DNA of 64,000 nucleotides from Minisyncoccota bacterium (GCA_036266715.1 DATAXS010000004.1:889-64888); one strand, 5' to 3'. Counted from the first letter of the stretch, positions 16,077 through 26,239 are shown. Program-made: numbers and translations. Notes: generated from the sequence alone by a model not told the origin.

Positions 16077-16829
16077 ATGTCCAAACTCCTCGCCGCCAAC
16101 TGGAAAGAGAATCCAAAGACAGAAAAAGATGCGTTAAAGCTTTTCCGCGAAGTTGGAAGGGCTGCGGACGATAAGGTGCAGGTGGTACTCTGCCCACCTT
16201 TTATTTATTTGGATGAACTTGCACACGCGTTCAAGAAGATAGCGTGCAAAAAACATCTCGCGCTCGGCGCACAGGATGCTTTTTGGCAGGAGAAGGGACC
16301 GTTTACGAGCGAGGTCGGTCCGCGGATGTTGAAAGCGCTCGGGGCGCGGTACGTGATCATTGGACACTCCGAGCGGAGAAAGTGGGCCAAGGAAACGGAC
16401 GCGATCATTAATAAGAAAATAAAACTTGCCCGCGCGGACGGCCTGAAGGTGATCCTCTGCGTGGGGGAGCCGCTCGCGGTCCGCAAAAAGGGCATTCCTG
16501 CCGCGCAGAAGTTTGTGGCTGCTCAACTTTCCAAGGATTTTGCGGGGCTAAAACCACGCGACCGCGCACACATCATCGTAGCCTACGAGCCCATTTGGGC
16601 CATCGGCACCGGCCGCTATGATGAGCCGGAGGATGCGCGGGGAATGGCGGAATTCATCAAGCGGAAGCTCGGCAAACCGGCACCGATCGTGCTCTACGGC
16701 GGATCCGTCACGAGCAAGAACGTCGCCGATTATGTACAATATAGTAGTATTGATGGCGCCCTTGTCGGAGGCGCGAGTCTAAAAGCCGCTGAATTTAAAA
16801 AAATAATAAACATATGCCAAACAATATAA
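16077..16829 (+). CDS. tpiA: Triosephosphate isomerase
   Basis: NWK motif, IIGHSERR, AYEPIWAIGTG and GGS(V)T. Confidence 0.95.
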   Translation: MSKLLAANWKENPKTEKDALKLFREVGRAADDKVQVVLCPPFIYLDELAHAFKKIACKKHLALGAQDAFWQEKGPFTSEVGPRMLKALGARYVIIGHSERRKWAKETDAIINKKIKLARADGLKVILCVGEPLAVRKKGIPAAQKFVAAQLSKDFAGLKPRDRAHIIVAYEPIWAIGTGRYDEPEDARGMAEFIKRKLGKPAPIVLYGGSVTSKNVADYVQYSSIDGALVGGASLKAAEFKKIINICQTI

Positions 16830-17575
16830 AAGAGTGGTTTTGGGGGACGTTCACGGTGCTGCTCGTGGTGATCGTCGTGATACTGATTTTCTTTGTGACG
16901 CCGATGTTGGGACAATTCGCGCATTCGTTCACTTCGTCGCGGACGATCACGGTGACGGGACAGGGAATGACGGTCGCGACGCCGGATGAAGCGGACATTT
17001 CTTTCTCCGTGGTTTCCCAAGGAACAAGTCCGGATGCGCTTACCTCGGACAACAATAATAAGATGAGCGCGGTGATGCAGTTTGTGAGCTCGCAGGGGAT
17101 CGCCTCGAGCGACATCCAGACCACGAACTACGACCTTGAGCCGAACTATTCGTACGATAAGACGACGCAGCGCAACTACATTACGGGCTACACGCTCACG
17201 CAGACCGTGCAGGTGAAGGTGCGTGACCTTGCAAACGTTGCCGCAGTGCTCGGCGGCCTTACGCCGCTCGGCGTGAACCAGGTGGGTGGCGTGAACTTCA
17301 CGTTCCAAAATCCGGATGAATTTGTGGCGATTGCACGCGGCGATGCCATGACGAAGGCGACGCAAGAAGCATCGGAGCTTGCCGCCGAAGCGGGCGCTTC
17401 GCTCGGTCCTGCCGTCACCATCCAAGAATCCTACGGCCTGCCCGGCCCGCAACCTTACCCCGCTTACGCAATGGCTTCGGGGGGTGGCACGGCAGCCGTT
17501 CCCTCAACGGTCTCCGTGGCACCGGGTACCCAAACAGTGACCGACAACGTTACGGTTACGTATGAACTCCAATAA
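16814..17575 (+). CDS. SIMPL/DUF541 (YggE-like) periplasmic protein with an N-terminal TM anchor
   Basis: The block ITVTGQG...YTLTQTVQVKVRDL...GVNQVGGVNF is typical of DUF541. Confidence 0.7.
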   Translation: MPNNIKEWFWGTFTVLLVVIVVILIFFVTPMLGQFAHSFTSSRTITVTGQGMTVATPDEADISFSVVSQGTSPDALTSDNNNKMSAVMQFVSSQGIASSDIQTTNYDLEPNYSYDKTTQRNYITGYTLTQTVQVKVRDLANVAAVLGGLTPLGVNQVGGVNFTFQNPDEFVAIARGDAMTKATQEASELAAEAGASLGPAVTIQESYGLPGPQPYPAYAMASGGGTAAVPSTVSVAPGTQTVTDNVTVTYELQ

Positions 17576-18257
17576 GGAGTCCGCAAAGGACTTCGGCATA
17601 GTCACCATCATCGGCGCGCTCGTGGGGCTGCTCATCCAGCCCGTGCTTGCGAACACGTCGCTTGAAAGCCGGCTTACGTGGGGGATACGCATCGCAATAT
17701 TCCTCGCGCTCGCCGTGCTTGCACCGCTCGCGCTTCTTGTCGCGCGGTGGCTGGATAAGTTTTGGAAGGGAGTTTACCAATTCGCCCAGTTTGCGGCAGT
17801 GGGGACGCTGAACAGCTTTATTGATGTGGGCGTTCTTAATTTGGAAACATTCCTCTATGGATCATCTCCCTTGAGCAACGGATTATTCGCGGCCTTTAAA
17901 GCGGTATCATTTCTTTGTTCCACCACCAACAGCTTTTTTTGGAACAAGCACTGGACCTTTGCTGAGGCAAAAAAGACCAAGACGGCAAAGACGTTGGAAT
18001 TCTACGGTATTGCGCTTATTGGCTGGGGGTTGAATGTGGGCGCGGCGACGCTCGTGAAGGCATTTGGTCCCACGGGGTCAGAATCGCTCACCAAACTGTG
18101 GATAAACATAGTCTCTCCGGTCGCGGGGATCGCGGTTTCCTTCGCATGGAACTTCATTGGCTATAAGTATTTTGTGTTCAAAGTGCCCGCGCCGGCTGCG
18201 GCGACTGCGCCGGGGCCGGGGGAGACCTCCGGGGGAAACGCATTAAAAGATCGTTAA
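17562..18257 (+). CDS. GtrA-family membrane protein
   Basis: Four TM helices and the GtrA signature FxxVGxxNxxID...NFxxNKxWTF. Confidence 0.7.
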   Translation: MNSNKESAKDFGIVTIIGALVGLLIQPVLANTSLESRLTWGIRIAIFLALAVLAPLALLVARWLDKFWKGVYQFAQFAAVGTLNSFIDVGVLNLETFLYGSSPLSNGLFAAFKAVSFLCSTTNSFFWNKHWTFAEAKKTKTAKTLEFYGIALIGWGLNVGAATLVKAFGPTGSESLTKLWINIVSPVAGIAVSFAWNFIGYKYFVFKVPAPAAATAPGPGETSGGNALKDR

Positions 18258-18260
18258 AAT

Positions 18261-18289
18261 TTGCAATTTTGAGGGATATCTGCTATAAT
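18261..18289 (+). promoter_or_regulatory. Strong sigma70-like promoter TTGCAA-N17-TATAAT in the 420-nt gap
   Basis: Consensus -10 hexamer with 17-bp spacing. Confidence 0.55.
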
Positions 18290-18295
18290 GCTTAA

Positions 18296-18385
18296 GAATG
18301 AGTGTGCGCATACGTAGCCGATGATATCGAGCGACGCATGTCCAGACTTTCTTTTTGGCCAAAAGACCCCTTCGCGGGGTTTTTG
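18296..18385 (+). ncRNA. Candidate small RNA of about 90 nt, running from the promoter to the terminator ccccttcgcgggg plus T5
   Basis: The promoter at 18261-18289 and the intrinsic terminator at 18367-18384 bracket a non-coding stretch. Confidence 0.35.
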
Positions 18386-18538
18386 GTTTATAAAGGGCTC
18401 CCGCGCGCTCGCGCACCGGTTCTTTAAGCGTTTTTTCATCTAAATTTAATTGTGTTTTAATGACCATACTTTATACTGAGTATGGAGTCGGCTAGAGAGC
18501 ACTCATTCAATAACAAAAAGAATTGGAGGTCACCATAG

Positions 18539-18623
18539 CCGCTCCGCTCAGTCCTTTTACTCTCCCGCACCTGCACCACGCGCGGTTTCGTAGAAAAGAG
18601 GAGGCCTGAGCGGAGCGGTTTTT
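18539..18623 (+). ncRNA. Structured element whose 13-bp terminal stem (ccgctccgctcag/ctgagcggagcgg) encloses a 54-nt interior and is followed by T5; candidate sRNA 3' domain or terminator
   Basis: Perfect 13-bp stem directly followed by TTTTT, 60 nt upstream of murB. Confidence 0.35.
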
Positions 18624-18680
18624 GTGTGCCCATGAGCTCCTGCGGTGTTTCCAAGATTACAACGATAAAATCTATTTACC

Positions 18681-19652
18681 ATGCCACGATTTCAAGAAAA
18701 TGTGCCACTGTGCACATGGAGCAACTACAAGATAGGCGGCCCTGCCCGCTTTTTCTTTGCGCCCAAAAACGAGCGTGAAGTGCATTGGGCGATCACCGAG
18801 GCGAAGAAAAAAAAGCTTCCCGTATTCATCCTTGGCGGCGGTACGAATCTTTTGATAGGTGATGAGGGGTTTGACGGGCTCGTGATCCGCCCGACGGCGG
18901 CCGCGCTCCACGCACGCGGTACCAAGGTCGCGGCCGGTACGGGCGTTACCATGGAAAAACTTTTGGATTTTTCCGCGGGCAAATCGTTGTCCGGGTTGGA
19001 GTGGGCCGGCGGATTGCCGGGAACGCTCGGCGGCGCCATCCGCGGGAATGCGGGATGCTTCGGCGGCGAGATCAAAGACGTGGTGGCGTCGGTAAAAAGC
19101 TTTGATCCCAAAAAAATGAGAATGGTCACGCGCTCCACGCGCGCGTGCGCATTCGGCTACCGCACGAGCATCTTTAAGAAAGGCGCGAAAGGCGAGATCA
19201 TTTTGGAGGCAACGCTCGCGTTGCGTCCGGGGAAGAAAAGCGAAATTCAAAAAGCGACGCGCGAAAAGATGGAATATCGCAAAAAGAACCACCCGCTGGA
19301 CTATCCGAACATCGGGAGCATCTTTAAGAACGTGCCGCTCGCCACGCTCCACAAGGCCTCGGGCCCAGAGTACAAGAAGGCGCTCCGCGAGGCGACCCTC
19401 GTCTTTCGCGGCTCGCATTTTTCCGTGAAGACGGATCCGTTCCCGGTCATTTCCACGGCAAAGCTTATCGCCGAGTCGGGCCTCCGCGGAGTGAGCTTCG
19501 GCGGCGCGATGTTCTCAGCAAAGCACCCGAACTTCATCGTAAACGTGCTGAATGCCAATGCGGGAGACGTGAAAGGCCTCATTTTGCTCGCAAAATCCGC
19601 CGTAAAAGACAAATTTGATGTAGAATTGGAAGAAGAGGTACAAATCACATGA
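18681..19652 (+). CDS. murB: UDP-N-acetylenolpyruvoylglucosamine reductase MurB
   Basis: FAD-binding PCMH domain and conserved MurB C-terminal domain. Confidence 0.9.
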   Translation: MPRFQENVPLCTWSNYKIGGPARFFFAPKNEREVHWAITEAKKKKLPVFILGGGTNLLIGDEGFDGLVIRPTAAALHARGTKVAAGTGVTMEKLLDFSAGKSLSGLEWAGGLPGTLGGAIRGNAGCFGGEIKDVVASVKSFDPKKMRMVTRSTRACAFGYRTSIFKKGAKGEIILEATLALRPGKKSEIQKATREKMEYRKKNHPLDYPNIGSIFKNVPLATLHKASGPEYKKALREATLVFRGSHFSVKTDPFPVISTAKLIAESGLRGVSFGGAMFSAKHPNFIVNVLNANAGDVKGLILLAKSAVKDKFDVELEEEVQIT

Positions 19653-19996
19653 AAATCAATATAAAAAAATCCGACAATCTCATTACGCCCGCGTTGGAAG
19701 AATATATAGAAGAGAAGCTCATGCCACTCGCAAAGTTCGTCAAACATTTTGACGAAACGGGCGAGGCGGAAATGTGGATGGAAGTTTCCCGCACGACCGA
19801 CCATCACCAAAAGGGAGACGTATTTAAAGTGGCAGTTGACCTGCGCCTGCCGCACAAAATACTCCGCGCGGAAGAAAATGCCGACGACGTCCATAAAGCA
19901 ATCGACGCGGCAAGAAACACGCTCCAACTGGAGATAGAAAAGTACAAGGCAAAGTTCGAGGATGTGCGGCACCAGAGGCGCGAGGGGAAGGAGTAA
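19649..19996 (+). CDS. hpf: Ribosome hibernation-promoting factor (HPF/RaiA, short form)
   Basis: MKINIKKSDNLITPALEEYIEEKL is typical of S30AE/HPF. The gene overlaps the murB stop (ATGA). Confidence 0.85.
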   Translation: MKINIKKSDNLITPALEEYIEEKLMPLAKFVKHFDETGEAEMWMEVSRTTDHHQKGDVFKVAVDLRLPHKILRAEENADDVHKAIDAARNTLQLEIEKYKAKFEDVRHQRREGKE

Positions 19997-20017
19997 GCGC
20001 CTAAGACCCAAGAAACG

Positions 20018-21313
20018 ATGGCGAACACGAAAGCGGAAGTCGTAATAATCGGCGCCGGCGCGTCGGGGCTCATGGCCGCGCGGGAGCTTGGCCGCGCCGG
20101 GAAAAAAGTGATCGTGCTTGAGGCGCGCGACCGCATAGGTGGCCGCATCTTTCCGCTCCCGGAAAGAGAGTTCGGGTATCCCGCGCAGGGCGGCGCGGAG
20201 TTTGTGCATGGACCGGCGAAGGTGACGCGGGCACTGATGGATGAGGCGGGACTCACTTATGTAGCAAGCAAGGGAGAACGTTGGACGGTACGTGACGGGA
20301 AAATCATAAAAAACGAAGATTTTTCCCCGAAAGAGCCCGATGCCTTTCAAGAAAAATTGAGGGCGCTCATGGAGGATGTGCCTATTAGTGATTTCCTTGA
20401 AAAGTATTTTGGAGAAGAAAAGTACGAAGCGTTTAGGAAATCCATCGTGCGAATGGTCCAGGGATACGATGCCGCGGATCCAAGGCGGGCGAGCACATTT
20501 TCCCTTCGCGATGAATGGTTGAGCGGCGATAAGGAATGGCAACAGGGGAGAATCAAAGAGGGATACACCGCACTTCTCGGTTTTTTGTTAGATGAATGCA
20601 AAGCTTTAGGGGTTGAGATGCGACTCGCGCGGGAGGCTGAATCTATTGTCGTGAGCCAAGAGGGGCAAGGAGCAACCATTCGATGCACAAATGCAGAAAA
20701 GTACCACGCGCAAAAAGTTATAATCACCCTTCCATTGCCGGTAATTTCCTCCTTGCATTTCGAGTCCACCCTTTCGGAAAAGATCGAGGCGGCTTCAAAA
20801 ATCGGGTTCGGCGGAGTTATAAAATTACTTCTGCGTTTTAACCTCAAGTGGTGGACAGATATAACGGGGAGTGATTTTAGCAAGATGAGTTTTCTTTTTG
20901 GCGACGAGATTTTTCCAACCTGGTGGGCGCAATATCCGGAATCCTCAGTAGTGCTCACGGGTTGGCTTGCCGGTCCACCTTCGGAAAAACTGAAGGATAA
21001 TTCTTCGGAAGAGATTCTCCAAATGGGGCTTACCTCGCTTGCCCATACTTTTAAGATGAACGTGCGAGATTTTAAAAAAGAACTTATTGCGTGGCAAGCG
21101 GTGAACTGGTTTGCAGATCCGTTTGCACGAGGCGCTTACAGCTATGTCACGGTAGATAGCTACAAGGCGCGCGAGGAATTGATGAAACCAGTGGCGGACA
21201 CGATCTTTTTTGCAGGGGAAGCGCTCTATAGCGAAGAGGAAGAAACGGCCACCGTGGAAGGCGCGCTCGGGAGCGGGAAAGAAGTTGCGGAGAAGATATT
21301 GCGTGGCGCGTAA
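20018..21313 (+). CDS. FAD-dependent amine oxidase family oxidoreductase
   Basis: GAGxSGL dinucleotide motif, the VLEARDRIGGR signature and a C-terminal FAD-binding segment. Confidence 0.8.
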   Translation: MANTKAEVVIIGAGASGLMAARELGRAGKKVIVLEARDRIGGRIFPLPEREFGYPAQGGAEFVHGPAKVTRALMDEAGLTYVASKGERWTVRDGKIIKNEDFSPKEPDAFQEKLRALMEDVPISDFLEKYFGEEKYEAFRKSIVRMVQGYDAADPRRASTFSLRDEWLSGDKEWQQGRIKEGYTALLGFLLDECKALGVEMRLAREAESIVVSQEGQGATIRCTNAEKYHAQKVIITLPLPVISSLHFESTLSEKIEAASKIGFGGVIKLLLRFNLKWWTDITGSDFSKMSFLFGDEIFPTWWAQYPESSVVLTGWLAGPPSEKLKDNSSEEILQMGLTSLAHTFKMNVRDFKKELIAWQAVNWFADPFARGAYSYVTVDSYKAREELMKPVADTIFFAGEALYSEEEETATVEGALGSGKEVAEKILRGA

Positions 21314-21352
21314 CTCGGTAGTAATGCTGGGCATAGTGCCGCGCGGGAGAGG

Positions 21353-21381
21353 TTGAAAAAATGAGGCAAATCGCATATAAT
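21353..21381 (+). promoter_or_regulatory. Sigma70-like promoter TTGAAA-N17-TATAAT upstream of secA
   Basis: Consensus -10 hexamer with 17-bp spacer. Confidence 0.5.
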
Positions 21382-21390
21382 CCATAGGCA

Positions 21391-24162
21391 ATGTTGGGCT
21401 CTATTAAGAAATTTTTTACGAAGCGGTCGCTCGGCGCGCTTGAGGCGCGCGTCACGGAGGTGAACGCGCTTGAGCCGGAACTACAAAAGCTTTCCGACGA
21501 GGAACTAAAGGCGGAAAGTGCGAAGCTCAAGGAGCGCCTGGCGCAGGGCGAGACGCTGGAAGATATTGCGTCCTGCGCATTTGCGCTCGCACGCGAAGCG
21601 GCGCGCCGGACGCTCAACCAGCGCGCATTCGACGTCCAGCTCCTGGGCGGCTTTGCCATACACGAAGGCAGTGTGGCCGAAATGATGACCGGTGAAGGAA
21701 AAACGCTTGCCGGCGTGGCGCCTGCCTATTTGAACGCGCTTGCCGGGAAAGGCGTGCACGTCGTGACCGTGAACGAGTACCTCGCGCGGCGCGACGCGGT
21801 GTGGATGGGCCAGGTCTACCGCGCGCTCGGTTTGACCGTCGGCGTTCTCGTGCCGAACGCCGCATTTATGTACGACCCGCTCTACAAAGCGCCGGAAGAA
21901 GGGAGCGGCAAAGCGGCACAGAATCCCGAGGAATCAAAACTGCTGGACAAAGAGCGCGATACGACGGGCGCGTTCCTGGTGCAGCAGGAATTCTTGCGTC
22001 CCGCGCCGCGCCGTGACGCCTACGCCGCGGACATCACCTATGGCACGAACCACGAGTTCGGTTTTGATTATTTGCGCGACAATCTTATTTACCGCGTGGA
22101 GGACCGCGTCCAGCGCGGGCACAATTTTGCGATTATAGACGAGGTGGACAGCATCTTAATAGACGAAGCGCGGACGCCGCTCATCATTGCGGCGCCGGAC
22201 CAGGAGTCGAGCGATGCGTACAAAGCGTTCGCGCGCGTGGTCACAAATCTTAATAAAGACGAGGATTACGACGTGGACGAAAAGCGGAAGTCGGTCGCCA
22301 TCACGGACGCGGGCGTGGAAAAAGTGGAAAAAATGCTCAATATTCCGAACATCTATGCGCCGGAAAACATCCGCCTCGTGCACTATCTCGAAGAAAGTTT
22401 GAAGGCAAAGGCGCTTTTTCAGCGGGACAAGGATTATGTGGTGAAGAACGGCGAGGTCATTATTGTGGACGAGTTCACGGGCCGTATGCTCGTCGGCCGG
22501 CGCTACCAGGCGGGTCTCCACCAGGCAATAGAGGCAAAGGAAAACGTGCGGGTGAAAGAAGAGTCGCGGACGTACGCCAAAATTTCCATCCAGAACTATT
22601 TCCGCATGTACAAAAAGATATCGGGCATGACGGGGACGGCGCAGACATCGGCCGAAGAATTCCACAAGGTCTACGAGCTTGAAGTGGTTTCCATTCCGCC
22701 GAACAAGCCGCTTGCGCGCAAAGACCTGAACGACCTTATTTACAAGAATTTTAGCGCGAAGGTGAAGGCGGTGGTGCGCGAAGTGGGCGAACGGCACAAA
22801 AAGGGCCAACCGGTGTTGCTGGGCACGACGTCCATTGCAAAGAACGAAATATTTTCCGCGGCGCTTTCGCAGGCGGGGATCCCGCACGAGGTGTTGAACG
22901 CCAAGAACAACGAGCGCGAGGGCGCCATCATTGCGCAGGCGGGCCGCACGGGCGGGGTGACCGTGGCAACCAACGTCGCCGGCCGCGGCGTGGACATTTT
23001 GCTTGGCGGCAACCCGCCGACGCCGGAGGAGGGGAAAGCCGTGCGGGAACACGGCGGTTTGCACGTGATCGGCACCGAACGGCACGAGGCGCGGCGCATA
23101 GACAACCAGCTCCGCGGCCGGTCCGGCCGGCAGGGCGACCCCGGTTCCACGCAATTCTTTTTGTCCGCGGAGGATGATTTACTCCGTATTTTTGGCGGCG
23201 ACCGCATGAAGAGCATCATGGAGCGGTTTGACGTGCCGGAAGACGAGCCGCTTGAGTTCAAGTTCGTGACGAGCGCGGTGGAGCAGGCACAGGAAAAAGT
23301 GGAAGGCGCGAACTTTGACCTCCGCAAGCACTTGCTTGATTACGATGACGTCCTGAACAAACAGCGCGCGGCGGTGTACCGCAGGCGCACGGAAATGTTG
23401 GGCCTCATGAACCGCGAGGATGTGGCGAAGGCGATCACGGACGCGGCACTCGCGCATTTTGACGCGGCGGTTGCGCCGGAACTCGATGAGCTTGCCGCTT
23501 CCGACATGAGCGCGCTTGAGGCCGCAGGTGTGGAAACGGACGCTTCCCGCGAAGCAAAAACGCGCCAGGAAAATATTCTGAAGATGTTCCGGGACGCGAT
23601 GATCATTGACGCTTCGGCACCTTTGCCCGCAACCACGGAGGACGCACGCAAGCTAATAGAAGAGCGCTCCGCGAAAGCCGCGGAAAATCCGCTCGCGCGG
23701 AACCAGTTGCTCGGCACGTTGGACATGCTGTGGATGACGAACTTGGAGGATTTAGAAGCACTCCAGGAATCCGTGGGGCTCCGCGCCTATGGCCAAAAGG
23801 ATCCGCTCGTGGAATATCGCCAGGAGGCGAGTCGCCTATTCAAGAACTTTTGGGCGAGCTTCAACGGGCTCATTTTTGCGAACACGTTCAAGCTTGCGAG
23901 CGACGCTGCCATGCGCACGGCGACGACCGGGAATGAGAACGCCAATCCGAACGCGGGAGCGCTCCGTTCGTCCGGCGGCGGTGGTGCGGCCGCGGGCACA
24001 GAAAAGATAGGGCGCAACGATCCGTGCCCCTGCGGCAGCGGTAAAAAATGGAAAAAGTGCGGTCTCCTGGACACCGAAGAGCACCGGCGCAATATGGCGC
24101 AAAAAGCGAATCCCGCGGCGGAGCACGCATCAAAGCCGAAGCACGAAGTGACGGGTGGGTAA
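21391..24162 (+). CDS. secA: Preprotein translocase ATPase SecA
   Basis: DEAD-like motor domains, PPXD domain, and the C-terminal zinc-binding motif CPCGSGKKWKKCG. Confidence 0.95.
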   Translation: MLGSIKKFFTKRSLGALEARVTEVNALEPELQKLSDEELKAESAKLKERLAQGETLEDIASCAFALAREAARRTLNQRAFDVQLLGGFAIHEGSVAEMMTGEGKTLAGVAPAYLNALAGKGVHVVTVNEYLARRDAVWMGQVYRALGLTVGVLVPNAAFMYDPLYKAPEEGSGKAAQNPEESKLLDKERDTTGAFLVQQEFLRPAPRRDAYAADITYGTNHEFGFDYLRDNLIYRVEDRVQRGHNFAIIDEVDSILIDEARTPLIIAAPDQESSDAYKAFARVVTNLNKDEDYDVDEKRKSVAITDAGVEKVEKMLNIPNIYAPENIRLVHYLEESLKAKALFQRDKDYVVKNGEVIIVDEFTGRMLVGRRYQAGLHQAIEAKENVRVKEESRTYAKISIQNYFRMYKKISGMTGTAQTSAEEFHKVYELEVVSIPPNKPLARKDLNDLIYKNFSAKVKAVVREVGERHKKGQPVLLGTTSIAKNEIFSAALSQAGIPHEVLNAKNNEREGAIIAQAGRTGGVTVATNVAGRGVDILLGGNPPTPEEGKAVREHGGLHVIGTERHEARRIDNQLRGRSGRQGDPGSTQFFLSAEDDLLRIFGGDRMKSIMERFDVPEDEPLEFKFVTSAVEQAQEKVEGANFDLRKHLLDYDDVLNKQRAAVYRRRTEMLGLMNREDVAKAITDAALAHFDAAVAPELDELAASDMSALEAAGVETDASREAKTRQENILKMFRDAMIIDASAPLPATTEDARKLIEERSAKAAENPLARNQLLGTLDMLWMTNLEDLEALQESVGLRAYGQKDPLVEYRQEASRLFKNFWASFNGLIFANTFKLASDAAMRTATTGNENANPNAGALRSSGGGGAAAGTEKIGRNDPCPCGSGKKWKKCGLLDTEEHRRNMAQKANPAAEHASKPKHEVTGG

Positions 24163-24232
24163 TATCCGGACGTAATGAGTAAGGGAATCTGCGTGATTTT
24201 GTAACAATTTCCCCTATAATTCGTATCTCCCT

Positions 24233-24796
24233 ATGGCACGCACAAAAACCAAGCAGGAACCGCACGATTCCTTGACCGCGCTCGCGGTGCGCATGAAGAA
24301 AGGGGACCGCAAGGCCACCGCCGCGCTCTACGATGAGCTCCTGCCGAAGGCGTACGGATTCTTCTTTACGAGGACCGGACGCCGGGAAACGGCGGAAGAC
24401 CTTTCGCAGGACATTTTTGTGAAGCTCGTGGAAAAGGTGAGCTATTTTGACGAAACGCGCGGACGGTTCGTGTCGTGGTTCTGGCAGATGGCGCGCAACA
24501 TGCTCATCGACCACTATCGCGAAAAGAAAGAGGCGGCATTTTCATCCTTTGAGGAGCACGAGGTGGAAGCGATGGCGGTTACCGAGATGCCGGACATTGA
24601 CGACCGGCTCCGCTACCGCGAGGTGCAAAAATTTCTTGCGACCATGACCGAAGAAGAGCGCGAGCTCTTTGAGCTGCGCTTTGTGGCGGGGCTTGCGTAC
24701 AAGGATATTGCGCACATGATCGGCCGTTCCGAAGGCGCGCTGCGCGTGGCCACGCTCCGCATTAAAGAGAAGATACAAAAAGAACTGAAGCAATGA
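24233..24796 (+). CDS. ECF-type RNA polymerase sigma factor
   Basis: Sigma70 region 2 (FVSWFWQMARNMLIDHYR) and region 4 helix-turn-helix. Confidence 0.8.
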   Translation: MARTKTKQEPHDSLTALAVRMKKGDRKATAALYDELLPKAYGFFFTRTGRRETAEDLSQDIFVKLVEKVSYFDETRGRFVSWFWQMARNMLIDHYREKKEAAFSSFEEHEVEAMAVTEMPDIDDRLRYREVQKFLATMTEEERELFELRFVAGLAYKDIAHMIGRSEGALRVATLRIKEKIQKELKQ

Positions 24797-25863
24797 CGAA
24801 CCCATTTTCAAAAAATGAAAAACTGCCGCGCCGCGTGAAGAAGCTTTTCACGCCGGACGGCGATTTCACCCAAAAAGCAAAGGGCAGATTTTTGGCGACC
24901 TTTGACGCGGCGCACGCGGGTGCGGCCGCGCACAGGGGAACGGCGGCCGTGCATGGTTCGCGCTTCGCGCTCATTATTAAAATTATCGCCGTGGGTGCGG
25001 CGGCATTCGCAATATTCATCGCGAGCGCATCCGTCTATGCCGACACGACGAACGTTCCCATTGAAAGTCCGCTTTATCCATTAAAACGGCTGGCCGAAAA
25101 CGTCCAGCTTGCCGTGACGCCGCCTGCGGCAAAACCGCAATTGGAAGCCACGCTTGCCACGCGCCGTGCAAGCGAGATCAATGACCTTGAGGCGACCCAT
25201 CCCACGAGCACGCTTTTACCCACGCTTGCCGCAGACCTCAACGAAGACGTGACCGCTTCTATTAATGGTGCGACGGCGGCAGGGGGAATCACCGCGGCAA
25301 CCTCTTCCGTAGAGATTGGTCATGCGAACGGCGCAACTGGCACAACTGGCGCGAATGGCTCAAGCGGCGCCAAAAAGAGCGCGCTTGAAAGCGTGTGCGA
25401 TACGCTCCGTTCCGCGTTCGGCACGGCTTCCGCATCCGCTTCCACAAGCGCCTCCGCGAACGGCGGCATTTTGCGGAATTTGCAGACCAGCGCGCGCATT
25501 GACGTCTACACGCGGTGCGGCGGCATTTCTCCTCAAGGTTCTTTTGCGCCCGCCGCAGGCTCCGGGTCCAACGCCGGCTCCGGTGCGGGCACGAGCACGG
25601 CCACTTCCACGACCTCCGCGCGGCGCGGAGCATTCCCCGGCGGGCGCCGGATCTTCCCCGGGTCGGGCATACCATTTAATGCATCGTCCACTGCCAGCGC
25701 ATCGTCCACCACCTCTTCCTCGAGCACAAGAATATTTCCTCCGTTCAGAACGTTTGCGTCGTCCAGCATTTCCACATCCACGCGCATGCCGCGCGCGGGG
25801 GTGCATTTCTCCGCTTCATCCACGACCTCGGAAGGAACCCTTGAAGGAACCATCGGCCTTTGA
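24793..25863 (+). CDS. Putative anti-sigma factor or membrane protein with one TM helix and a long low-complexity S/T/A-rich tail
   Basis: Translationally coupled (ATGA) to the sigma factor. Single TM at ALIIKIIAVGAAAFAIFIASA. Confidence 0.45.
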   Translation: MTNPFSKNEKLPRRVKKLFTPDGDFTQKAKGRFLATFDAAHAGAAAHRGTAAVHGSRFALIIKIIAVGAAAFAIFIASASVYADTTNVPIESPLYPLKRLAENVQLAVTPPAAKPQLEATLATRRASEINDLEATHPTSTLLPTLAADLNEDVTASINGATAAGGITAATSSVEIGHANGATGTTGANGSSGAKKSALESVCDTLRSAFGTASASASTSASANGGILRNLQTSARIDVYTRCGGISPQGSFAPAAGSGSNAGSGAGTSTATSTTSARRGAFPGGRRIFPGSGIPFNASSTASASSTTSSSSTRIFPPFRTFASSSISTSTRMPRAGVHFSASSTTSEGTLEGTIGL

Positions 25864-25875
25864 TACAATCGTCTG

Positions 25876-26199
25876 GTGACACTGGACGAATTCCAACGGG
25901 CGGATCTCCGCGTGGGCAAGATCACTCAGGCCGAGCGCGTGGAGGGTTCAGAAAAGCTCCTTAAGCTGCAGGTGGACATGGGCGAACCGCGGCAGATCGT
26001 TTCCGGCATTGCCAAGTTCTATTCGCCGGAAGAGCTCGTGGGGAAGTCGGTCATCATCATTGCGAACCTTGACCCGCGGACGATGATGGGATTTGAGAGC
26101 CAAGGGATGCTCCTTGCGGCGCACGGCGAGGATGGCAGGCCGGTGCTCATTGCGCCGTGGGATGCCGCTTCCGTCCCGCCCGGCTCAAAAATATCGTGA
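25876..26199 (+). CDS. tRNA-binding protein (CsaA / Trbp111 / MetRS C-terminal-like OB fold)
   Basis: The block DLRVGKI...VSGIAKFYSPEELVGKSVIIIANLDPRTMMGFESQGMLLAA is diagnostic of the tRNA_bind family. Start is GTG. Confidence 0.75.
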   Translation: MTLDEFQRADLRVGKITQAERVEGSEKLLKLQVDMGEPRQIVSGIAKFYSPEELVGKSVIIIANLDPRTMMGFESQGMLLAAHGEDGRPVLIAPWDAASVPPGSKIS

Positions 26200-26239
26200 G
26201 CGCCGCTATTAAAAATTAATTATAATTTCATTAATAAAA

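Noticed and set aside
18258-18680. tmRNA, SRP RNA, 6S RNA or RNase P RNA in the murB upstream gap
   Set aside because: I could not find the tmRNA tRNA-like ends or tag ORF, the SRP domain IV motif (AGGUCCGGAAGGAAGCAGC-like) or the RNase P conserved regions. I left the region as an uncharacterised candidate ncRNA.
21505-23457. Numerous long reverse-strand ORFs inside secA, for example 22156-23154, and similar ones inside recG, rplJ/rplL (8514-9317), ftsI, murF, the MacA-like gene (49726-51003), the EmrAB genes and cyoAB (62373-63344)
   Set aside because: These are GC-rich shadow ORFs opposite well-supported conserved genes. They have no SD sequence and no domain signatures.
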